Below are positions 28,660 to 37,129 of a stretch of DNA of 64,000 nucleotides, piece by piece (positions within the stretch are counted from its first letter, which is position 1; each line of letters begins with the position of its first letter). The stretch is taken from the sequence record SRR20825010_3141. One strand, 5' to 3'. The notes under the pieces were generated by a model, which worked only from the letters and a program-made list of their open reading frames with translations, did no database searches and was not told the origin of the DNA. The translations under genes were made by a program, and so were the position numbers.

Positions 28660-29487
28660 ATGACAGGTCGAGGCCTGCAGTACACGCTCGGCATCTTCTG
28701 GTGCCGCGTGGTTCCAGCGTGGTGCTTTCGGTACCGGTGCATGGAAATCGTGAGGCTGGGACCGTCATCGGCCGAAGGTGAATCAAACGATCGAAACGCG
28801 ACCGATGCCTATCAAGCTCGCAAAGTTGTATCGACCGAAGAGCTAGAACGCGTCCAGATGGCGACGCTGTACAGCGGGGATTCGTCAACGCAATCGTCTT
28901 TGCAATCCAAAGACGTAGCAGCAAACGAACCAACCGAAATCGCCTATGCCGTCTTCCGCAGGGGCGCGACAGTGCGAAGTTCTCAATCGGAAAATCAAAA
29001 CGAGTCGGCCGCTCAGATTGTCGGTGGTGTTTGGATCGCGACCCGATCCTTCACCGAGCGAGATCTTCATTTGCAGATCGATTTGGCCGAGCACCAACGC
29101 TGGCTCTTTGCTGCCAGGATGATACCGGAGGAACGAAATCGCGGTGCCTACTCGGTATTGCTTCGGAAGTTGTTGTGGGCAGAAACTTCGTCTGATCCAT
29201 CGAATGGTCGCGGAGCGGAGGCTGGTGAAGTCACGCAAGTCTGGGCGGCGATCAATCCAGCGAACCACCGAAGTGTTCGAGCCCACGCTGTTTTCAAGAA
29301 TTCGTCCGCCGGGCGGATTCATCTGGTCCGGGTAGGGCCCCTTGCCGTTGCTTGGCGTGGTCGATCATCGGCGGACATTGCAGTGACGATGCGTCCCAAG
29401 TGGACGTGGCGTGGAAGCGAATCGCCCCTACGCATGACGGTTGAGCCTATAACCAGTCAGAGAGATTCGACCGCGAATTCCGTTTAA
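28660..29487 (+). CDS. Hypothetical protein, GNAT-like
   Basis: PEERNRG (motif A-like) and INPANHRS (motif B-like); 2 bp downstream of the previous stop. Confidence 0.5.
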   Translation: MTGRGLQYTLGIFWCRVVPAWCFRYRCMEIVRLGPSSAEGESNDRNATDAYQARKVVSTEELERVQMATLYSGDSSTQSSLQSKDVAANEPTEIAYAVFRRGATVRSSQSENQNESAAQIVGGVWIATRSFTERDLHLQIDLAEHQRWLFAARMIPEERNRGAYSVLLRKLLWAETSSDPSNGRGAEAGEVTQVWAAINPANHRSVRAHAVFKNSSAGRIHLVRVGPLAVAWRGRSSADIAVTMRPKWTWRGSESPLRMTVEPITSQRDSTANSV

Positions 29488-29981
29488 GCTCGCAGCGATC
29501 CCGATGGCGAAGGGCTGTGATTGCCTGCCGCGGCGGACACAGCAGCCTGCTGCAAGTGAATCATCAATTTCTTGTGATCACGAACGACTCGCAAAAACTC
29601 ATCTTCGCTGACTGGTTTTTGAATGTAGTCGTACACTCCCAACTCATCACAACGCGTTCGATAGGATGCATCTTCGCAGGCGGTTAGGACCACGGTCGTG
29701 ACGCGAGACGAATCGGGTTGCAGTTCGCTCATTTCTTCTAGGACATCGATTCCGGTGCCATCAGGCAGAATCATGTCCAGCAGCAAAAGGTCCAAACGCG
29801 GGGCTCGTGCAAAGATGCCTGTCCGTTTCATAAAGAGAATTGCTTCGTGAACGCTGCGAACCAGCGTCAGTCGGTGATGCAAGCCGCTGCGTCGAAGAGC
29901 ATGAATTGTCACTCTCGCGTCGACCAAGCCATCTTCCACCAACAGAATTTCCATCGGTTTGGTGCGTGAATCACCTAGCAT
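29484..29981 (-). CDS. Single-domain response regulator (Rcp1-like)
   Basis: ILLVED, APRLDLLLLDMILPDGTG, VVLT, YIQKP. Confidence 0.88.
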   Translation of the reverse strand: MLGDSRTKPMEILLVEDGLVDARVTIHALRRSGLHHRLTLVRSVHEAILFMKRTGIFARAPRLDLLLLDMILPDGTGIDVLEEMSELQPDSSRVTTVVLTACEDASYRTRCDELGVYDYIQKPVSEDEFLRVVRDHKKLMIHLQQAAVSAAAGNHSPSPSGSLRA

Positions 29982-29982
29982 T

Positions 29983-30546
29983 CTACAACTCCCTTTCGAT
30001 CAGTTCGGCTTCGAGACGTTCATGTCGGGTCATCTCACGAGAGAATTGGGCAACTTGTTCGGCGAAAGCCAGCAAAGCGGAACGATCGCATCCACGATAT
30101 TGTAATTCCTCGGACTGCTCGACGAGGTCACAAAGGTCCAGATACAGCCTGCAGTGCTGTTCGAGTGCCTGACGCAGCTGCTTTTGCACGTCCTCGAAAT
30201 CTGGTTGCAACGGTGCCAATTGGGGGGGAGGTCCCGAGGCATGCAGATACCCGTATGACTCTTCCAAACCAAATTGCAGTGAGATCAGATCTCGCAGCTC
30301 ACCAAGTGCGCGAACGAATTGTTTGATGTGATCTCGGGTGGTCGTGTCGGCATCCCACTCGTCGCTCTCGCACATCGCCCTCAATTCGCTGGCGGCGTGC
30401 CAAAGGTTCGGGTTGCTATCTTTGATCTCCTGCAGAAAGGCTGCGTTGATCAAGATCGTTTGCGAGGCGTTTTCACCATCGCGGACCAAAGCGTCAGGTG
30501 CACCCATTGATGCGTTCCGTTGAAGATTGGGTCTTGCGCTCGTCAT
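29983..30546 (-). CDS. Hemerythrin-like four-helix protein (degenerate)
   Basis: Helical; LQFGLEE (HFxxEE-like), EQH, HERLE (HxxxE). Confidence 0.55.
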   Translation of the reverse strand: MTSARPNLQRNASMGAPDALVRDGENASQTILINAAFLQEIKDSNPNLWHAASELRAMCESDEWDADTTTRDHIKQFVRALGELRDLISLQFGLEESYGYLHASGPPPQLAPLQPDFEDVQKQLRQALEQHCRLYLDLCDLVEQSEELQYRGCDRSALLAFAEQVAQFSREMTRHERLEAELIEREL

Positions 30547-30614
30547 ACAAATGCAATTCCTCCATGCTTTGATGGCCCGTTTTCTGCCAGATCATGTCTG
30601 GAGCAGTGACAGTG

Positions 30615-30643
30615 AGAGTACGATTGCCTGAACCGGTCGTCAA
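30615..30643 (-). promoter_or_regulatory. Candidate sigma70 promoter for the hemerythrin-like / response regulator operon
   Basis: TTGACG-N17-TACTCT on the minus strand, about 70 bp upstream of ATG 30546. Confidence 0.55.
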
Positions 30644-30921
30644 GGAATTTTGCCAGGGGGGTGGCGTAGAATGTCACCTCATTGCTGGCTGTCGAGGATC
30701 AGAGTTCCTCTAATCGTCGCCGTTTAACTCACGTGCGGCGCCAACTCAGGTAGACGCCGGCATCGGTTACAGCACTTCGGTTGAATTTTGAGGACACTTC
30801 TGAGTCGGTTCTTACTACGATCTTCATCATTGCCCCGTTTGACGAGTGGTATTTTGAAGACATGATGTCACTCAATACTTTTGTCCCGCCTCGCGTCCCG
30901 CCTCCACAAAACCGTAAATCA

Positions 30922-32679
30922 ATGATCTCGTTGCGATTGCAGTTCGCTGCTTGTTTGCTCGTTTCTTTGTCCGCTGTGCCCGCTACCGGTGAGGAAACCG
31001 TTGGGAAGCTTCTCGAGAAAGCCAAGAGTTTGGTCGACATCGACGATGCGAGAGCACCAGGTACGACCGAGTCCGGTGAACTGGTGATTGATCCGATGCG
31101 TGAGATGCAATCCAACGCGATCAAAGAACAATCCGCCCCGTGGGGGCATTGGGGCAGCAACCCAAAGAAGTACAGCACATGGACCAATCACAGCAATCGA
31201 TTGGTACCGCTGTACACGTTTGGCTACACGCTGAACGACTTGCGTGAAAAAGGCAGCCTGTATGGCGATCCGGAACGACTGAAGGAACACTTCGGACGCG
31301 TGGATGAAAAGTCATTCAATCCAAACGCGAATTATCACGATCAAATTGACGTTTATGACTTGCAGATGGCCGCGGTGAAGGCGGGCAAGCGTCACGTCAT
31401 CTTGATGGTTTATGACGGGATGGATTGGCCGACCACTCGTGCGGCCGCGCTGTATCACAACCAAAGCAATCGCTATGACAGTGGTCGTGGAACGGGGCTG
31501 CTTTTCCAAGACTATCGGGGAACGAAAACGGACTTCACATTCCTGGTCACGACACCGTTTTCGTCCGGCGCGAAACTTGACGTGAACTCGCAAACTGTCA
31601 CAGCACCCAGCAAAGAGTCCACGGGCGGATACTCACCCGATCATGGTGGACGAGCACCTTGGCATGAACAGTCACGCCGTGATTATGTGATCGGGCAAGA
31701 CCGATTGGTCCCGCACACGGTTGCTGATTCCGCTGCGACGGCAACCAGCCTGATGTCGGGAGTCAAGACTTACAACGGTTCGATCAATGTGATGCCCGAT
31801 GGATCGCATGCGATTCCCATCGCGCGGACGTTGCAAAAGGATGGTTTCAAAGTTGGAACCGTGACCAGTGTCCCCGTCAGCCACGCAACACCCGCGGCGT
31901 CCTATGCAAACAATGTCGTGCGTCAGGACTACCAAGACATCACTCGTGATTTGGTTGGGTTGCCGTCGTCTTCTCACCGCCAAGATCCATTGCCCGGATT
32001 GGACCTTTTGATCGGAGGCGGTTTGGGAGAAGGCACCGGTGCGGACAAATCACAAGGCGAGAACTTCATGGAAGGCAACAAGTATTTCCATGAATCGGAT
32101 CGCGACGCTCTGAAGAAAAAGTACGAAGCAGGCGAGCCGAACTCATACCTCGTCGTGGAACGAACCAAAGGACGACCCGGTGCGGAAGTGTTGAAGGAGG
32201 CAACTAAAAAAGCCATTCAAGAAAACGCACGGTTGGTGGGTTTCTTCGGTACCAAGGGCGGCCACATGCCCTTTCAAACCGCCGATGGAAACTTCAACCC
32301 AACCTTTGATGTCAAAGGCACGGAACGCTACACCCACGCCGATGTCATTGAGAATCCAACGATCTCCGACATGACTCAGTCCGCGTTGGAATTTTTGTCT
32401 GCACCGCAGAAGGGTTCCGACCAACGATCTGATTTTTGGTTGTTAGTAGAAGCTGGCGATGTTGATTGGGCCAACCATGCAAACAATTTGGACAGCAGCA
32501 TTGGTGCTGTCTTCAGTGGCGACAAAGCGTTTGCGACCATCGTCAATTGGGTCGAAGAGAATGCGGCATGGGATGATACCGCCGTCTTCGTCACCAGTGA
32601 CCATGGTCACTTCTTGGTGATCGAAAACGTTGACGCGATCGGGAAGGCTGCTCAAAAAGCCGCCGCCGCGAATCGCTGA
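30922..32679 (+). CDS. Alkaline phosphatase (PhoA family), apparently circularly permuted
   Basis: ILMVYDGM, ADSAATAT (catalytic Ser), SHATPAA, LVEAGDVDWANH, TSDHGH; signal peptide; start at 30922 or 30862. Confidence 0.88.
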   Translation: MISLRLQFAACLLVSLSAVPATGEETVGKLLEKAKSLVDIDDARAPGTTESGELVIDPMREMQSNAIKEQSAPWGHWGSNPKKYSTWTNHSNRLVPLYTFGYTLNDLREKGSLYGDPERLKEHFGRVDEKSFNPNANYHDQIDVYDLQMAAVKAGKRHVILMVYDGMDWPTTRAAALYHNQSNRYDSGRGTGLLFQDYRGTKTDFTFLVTTPFSSGAKLDVNSQTVTAPSKESTGGYSPDHGGRAPWHEQSRRDYVIGQDRLVPHTVADSAATATSLMSGVKTYNGSINVMPDGSHAIPIARTLQKDGFKVGTVTSVPVSHATPAASYANNVVRQDYQDITRDLVGLPSSSHRQDPLPGLDLLIGGGLGEGTGADKSQGENFMEGNKYFHESDRDALKKKYEAGEPNSYLVVERTKGRPGAEVLKEATKKAIQENARLVGFFGTKGGHMPFQTADGNFNPTFDVKGTERYTHADVIENPTISDMTQSALEFLSAPQKGSDQRSDFWLLVEAGDVDWANHANNLDSSIGAVFSGDKAFATIVNWVEENAAWDDTAVFVTSDHGHFLVIENVDAIGKAAQKAAAANR

Positions 32680-32804
32680 TTCAAACTGTCGACCCGGGAC
32701 AGCATTTGTCTTGGGATGCTTTGGGTCTTCCATTACGCATCCCGATTGCAAGTGACGCGTTGATGTCGTGACACACGTTGATTTTTAAAACGGAGCGAAT
32801 CCGA

Positions 32805-33761
32805 ATGACTGTTCGTTGGGGGCTGATTGGCACAGGCGACATCGCTCACAAACGTGTCGCTGGTGCGATCCAAGACGATCCGCGTTCGGAGTTGGTCGCA
32901 GTTTGTCGTCGCAGTGAACGGGAGTTGAACCTTTTCGCTGATCAGAACGGCGTTCCGCATCGATTCACCGATGCGGAACAGTTGATCGCGCTATCGGAGG
33001 TGGACGCGGTTTACATTGCCACTCCGGTTGGTTGCCACTGCTCGCAAACGATTGCTGCGGCCAACGCAGGAAAGCATGTCATGGTCGAGAAACCGATGGC
33101 GATCGATCCGGAACAATGTCAACGGATGATTGAGGCATGTCAGAACTCCAGAGTGACTCTTGGAGTCGCATACTACCGGCGGTTTTATCCGGCCGTTGAA
33201 CGCGTCAAGAATCTGATCGACTCCGGTTCGCTGGGGCGTCTCTTGTCGATCGCTTGTGTGACAGGTAACCCCAATCGGTTTCCTGCCGATGATTGGCGAG
33301 TGGTGCTCGCTCAAGGAGGAGGTGGACCTTTGATGGACATCGGCAGTCACCGCTTGGATTTGTTTCTGCATTTGTTTGGCGAAGTCCAATCCGTTCAAGC
33401 AAGTCGGATCGATTCACCTGATTTCGAAGCGGAGCAGGTGGCGACATTGTTGATGCAGTTCAAGGGCGGCGTTCACGGCGTGTTGCAATGCTATTTCGGT
33501 ACCGTCAATACTCCGGATCGGTTGGAAGTCATCGGCACTGATGGAAGGGTGACCATCGAAGATCTTAACGGTGACGAGGTGTTGTTGTTCACGGGTGAGG
33601 GGGTGTCGCGAGAATCTCATCCGCCGGCGGAGAATTTTCACTCGCCGTTGATCGCCGACTTCACACTGGCGTTGCAGGAAAAACGTCCGCCGATGATCAG
33701 TGGCCATCAAGGCAAGCAAACCAACGACATCATCAAACTGGCCTACGCAAACGCTCTTTGA
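32805..33761 (+). CDS. Gfo/Idh/MocA family oxidoreductase
   Basis: WGLIGTGDIA, YIATP, HVMVEKPMA, GGGPLMDIGSH. Confidence 0.92.
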   Translation: MTVRWGLIGTGDIAHKRVAGAIQDDPRSELVAVCRRSERELNLFADQNGVPHRFTDAEQLIALSEVDAVYIATPVGCHCSQTIAAANAGKHVMVEKPMAIDPEQCQRMIEACQNSRVTLGVAYYRRFYPAVERVKNLIDSGSLGRLLSIACVTGNPNRFPADDWRVVLAQGGGGPLMDIGSHRLDLFLHLFGEVQSVQASRIDSPDFEAEQVATLLMQFKGGVHGVLQCYFGTVNTPDRLEVIGTDGRVTIEDLNGDEVLLFTGEGVSRESHPPAENFHSPLIADFTLALQEKRPPMISGHQGKQTNDIIKLAYANAL

Positions 33762-33801
33762 AACTTGATGAGCGATTCAGGACACCGTGTCACGTCTCGA
33801 T

Positions 33802-35298
33802 TCAATCGTCGGCGGGGGCACCGTCTTTCAAGACGAACTTGGCTTTTAACCGTGCCACCTCATCAGCCAACCCAGCTTTGGTAACGCTTTTCAGGACTTC
33901 GGCGAAGTCCTTGTATGCATCCGGAGCCTCGTCCCGCGGGTAAACGCGGCAGTTGCTGATGACGTCGTGATCAAGCAAGTTTTGATCGATGACCGTTTGA
34001 TTCAAATTCTTCTTGGCTTTGGTTCGGCTGAGTTGTCGTCCCGCACCATGGTTCACGCTGAAAGCCGAAACGGACGCTCCCCGTTGAGCGACCATGATGC
34101 TTGATCCATCACGTGGATTGCCTGGTAACAGGATCGGGTGGCCAGTCGATTCGAACTCGGTGCCCGCCAGTTGTTCGTGTCCTTTGGGTAACGCTCGCGT
34201 GGCACCCTTTCGATGAACCCATTGCAGTCGTCCATCCACGGGTTCTTGGCGTGCAATGTTGTGGCTGATGAAGTAGATCAGCTCACCCCGGATACCGGGA
34301 AACACTTCGCGGAAAGACTCGAGAACCAACTGATTGATCAGCAAGTGATTGACCGTCGCGAAATTGGCTCCCATGGCCATGTCGCAGAGATATCGCTGAC
34401 CTTCGGGCGAGTCCGCTTCGGCATAACAAAGTTGTGGGTCACCAGCGGGGAACGCCAAACCACTGGACTGGAAGTGAGTTTTCATCGCACGGAACTGACT
34501 CATCGCCAAATCATGGCCAAAACCGCGCGAGCCACAGTGCGACAAGAACGCCACGCAACCGTCCCGCAGCCCCCATTGTTCGCCAAGCGAACGGAAGTAC
34601 TGTTTCTCTGACAGTGATACGACTTCGGCTTCGCCAAAATGATTGCCGCCACCGTAGCTTCCCAGTTGGCGAAACTTGCTTTCCAGGCGATCACGTTTGT
34701 CTCGTTCGCGTCCCATCCATTCCAACCGTGCCGCCAATGTATCTACTGAACCGTCCGGAGCGGTATGCGATGCGTCTTCGCAGCGGTTGGCCCAAGATTT
34801 GGGGATGCCTAGTTTTTTCAGAACAGATTTCGAAGCTCCCTCCGTTGCAACTTGAAATCCGAGAGGCCCGTCCACGCTTCGGCTTTTGGGCACATGTCGT
34901 TGCCCGCGTCCGGCACCGGTAGGCACGCGTTTCGCGATCGCTTGGATCACGCGACGACGCATCTTCCAATCGGTAATTTCGCTTTCCGGCAAATCGGTTT
35001 GCAACAGACTCATGCTGCATTTGATATCGACGCCAACGGGACCCGGATAAACATGCGTCGGCGAAACCATCACGCAACCGACCGGTGCACCATATCCAAC
35101 GTGCGCGTCCGGATTCAGCACGACTTGCGATACGCCAGGTGCCAAACGACTGTTGATCGCTTGTTGAAACGTTTGGCTACCAAACGATTGTCGGATCGGA
35201 TCGGTGCCGATCACGGTAATGGGTGAGCATCCATCGCCGACGGGCAAAGTCGCCGTCGCGGGGCCAGTGATTTCCAACATCTCGTGCATCGTATCCAT
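33802..35298 (-). CDS. rtcB: RtcB family RNA ligase
   Basis: PDAHVGYG, GVDIKC, GGGNHF, HCGSRG, SHN, HRKGAT, HGAGR, DEAPDAYK. Confidence 0.92.
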   Translation of the reverse strand: MDTMHEMLEITGPATATLPVGDGCSPITVIGTDPIRQSFGSQTFQQAINSRLAPGVSQVVLNPDAHVGYGAPVGCVMVSPTHVYPGPVGVDIKCSMSLLQTDLPESEITDWKMRRRVIQAIAKRVPTGAGRGQRHVPKSRSVDGPLGFQVATEGASKSVLKKLGIPKSWANRCEDASHTAPDGSVDTLAARLEWMGRERDKRDRLESKFRQLGSYGGGNHFGEAEVVSLSEKQYFRSLGEQWGLRDGCVAFLSHCGSRGFGHDLAMSQFRAMKTHFQSSGLAFPAGDPQLCYAEADSPEGQRYLCDMAMGANFATVNHLLINQLVLESFREVFPGIRGELIYFISHNIARQEPVDGRLQWVHRKGATRALPKGHEQLAGTEFESTGHPILLPGNPRDGSSIMVAQRGASVSAFSVNHGAGRQLSRTKAKKNLNQTVIDQNLLDHDVISNCRVYPRDEAPDAYKDFAEVLKSVTKAGLADEVARLKAKFVLKDGAPADD

Positions 35299-35411
35299 TG
35301 CACTTGTCCGCCTGAGTTCTTTCTGTGATTGATTGAACAACAAGAGAACACAAAATGTCAGAGGTTCGCTTTGAATCAGCAAAACCGATGCTTCTTAGAT
35401 CACAACTCGCT

Positions 35412-36794
35412 TCACTTTGGGGGGGAACGCAGCGTTCCACGGAAAAGTTCGATCAACTCCGTTTGACGATTGAAGAGATCCTTTGAAAGAGGTTGTTCCA
35501 CTTTCGGCAATCGCTTTGGTCGAGCGGGATCTCGCTGGTCGTTATCCTTCGATCGCGGGTTTGCCGTTTGCGAATGAGTTGATTCGCTGGCGTCTGTAGC
35601 TGGCCACTGGGACGATGAGGGTGTCTTGTCGCCCGAGAAATCAGCATCGGCTGCCTCGTCGATGAATGACGCTTGAGCCACCCCGTTAGGGTCGATTCCA
35701 CGTGGTGTTTCGGCAAGGATCGGATCAACCTCAACGACCTGCAACTCACTTGGAAGCGGAAGCTGGTCGACGAAGCTTTCAAGCGTTCGCAGCAATACGG
35801 AGCCGGGTGGCAGGCTGGTCGATTCGTTGCGAGGAGACGCTTTCGCACCGTGGTCGGACTTGGCCATCTGAATCAATGAGCTCGCGTCAGGATTTCCTGG
35901 CTCGCAGAGTTTCAGGATCGCTCGCAAGTTGGATTCGGTGATGCGGCGACCAGGGCGACTGGAGTGCACCGGGCGATGCAGTGCGAAGTCACTTGTGAGG
36001 TCGCTCGAGTTTTGGTCGTGACATTGAGCGCATTTTGCCAAAAGGATTGGCTGTACCCGAGCGGTGAAAGCGTGCAGCAACCAGGAATTCATGACCGCGT
36101 CGTGCAGATGATCCGTGGGTTCGTCGCTTGATGACGGAGCATTTTTGGGTGCAACGTTGGTTTGCTCCGTTTCATTGGCGGTTTCGACAAAGCTGGCCTG
36201 CTGAACTTCGCTCGTGTTGGGCTCAGGGTCACTGGGACGCGTCAGATTGCGAAGTCGTGATTCCAAATGCTGTGCTTCGGAGTTTTGCGGGTCATTGCGG
36301 TAAACGACCATGAGCTGTTCCACCGCTTGCCGATGCAGACCTTGGTCGACACACCAACGTGCTGCGGATAATGCTCGTTGGGTTGGTCGCGTTGATGTTC
36401 GGGCGGAACGCCATTTCTCTCGAAGTTCAAATAGAGCGTCCAAATTGTCTCGGGAACCGATGACTTCTCCCGCGGAGAGTCGGAGTTCGGATCCACCGCG
36501 TCGCACGATGACGGATTCTCCTGAGCTCTGAACATCGCCTCGGAGAACGCGATCGTTTCGAAGCAATACAAACTCGCCCTCATCCTTCTCGGTTGAATTC
36601 GAAGAAGAATTCGTAGAGCTGCTGATTGCCGCTTCGTTGGCTCGGACAGTCGCGGTCGTTGTGGGACCACACCACCCGGTCAAGAACCACCCAATGATGA
36701 GGCCGCTGACCAAACGCCTAGCCGGACTTAGCACCGCGAAAAAATTTCGCGATGAGGCGGGGGGGACTGCGGTTCGTGGGATTGTCTCGTTCAT
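35412..36794 (-). CDS. Hypothetical exported protein with a planctomycete cytochrome c-like CxxCH motif
   Basis: N-terminal hydrophobic segment; FTARVQPILLAKCAQCH; disordered tail. Confidence 0.65.
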   Translation of the reverse strand: MNETIPRTAVPPASSRNFFAVLSPARRLVSGLIIGWFLTGWCGPTTTATVRANEAAISSSTNSSSNSTEKDEGEFVLLRNDRVLRGDVQSSGESVIVRRGGSELRLSAGEVIGSRDNLDALFELREKWRSARTSTRPTQRALSAARWCVDQGLHRQAVEQLMVVYRNDPQNSEAQHLESRLRNLTRPSDPEPNTSEVQQASFVETANETEQTNVAPKNAPSSSDEPTDHLHDAVMNSWLLHAFTARVQPILLAKCAQCHDQNSSDLTSDFALHRPVHSSRPGRRITESNLRAILKLCEPGNPDASSLIQMAKSDHGAKASPRNESTSLPPGSVLLRTLESFVDQLPLPSELQVVEVDPILAETPRGIDPNGVAQASFIDEAADADFSGDKTPSSSQWPATDASESTHSQTANPRSKDNDQRDPARPKRLPKVEQPLSKDLFNRQTELIELFRGTLRSPPK

Positions 36795-37129
36795 GTTCGA
36801 TGCAGCTACCAAAAAAGCGGTGCCAAAGTCAACGTACAACTCGGAACGCCGCTCGAATTTTGAGTTTCAAAGACAAAACGGCACGCGATTTGACGCGGCC
36901 GGCTGTCGCATTACAGGTGAATTCGTTGAGAGCATTTGACCGGTAATCAGTTGCAGTTCCGGGTTTGGGCTTTCGGTCGCCAACGCCTTTTCGAGACACT
37001 TCAACGACTTGGTTTCCTGTATTCCTAATGATCATCACCGACATCTTGCATCGACGATTTACCATGCTCCTTGACGGACCATCCATGCGTCCCGGCTCTT
37101 TACGAAACACTCGTCACGCAGCGACTTTA

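Noticed and set aside
36879-36895. GGCACGCGATTTGA, sigma54-like, upstream of the MscK-like gene
   Set aside because: The -12 dinucleotide is GA, not the conserved GC
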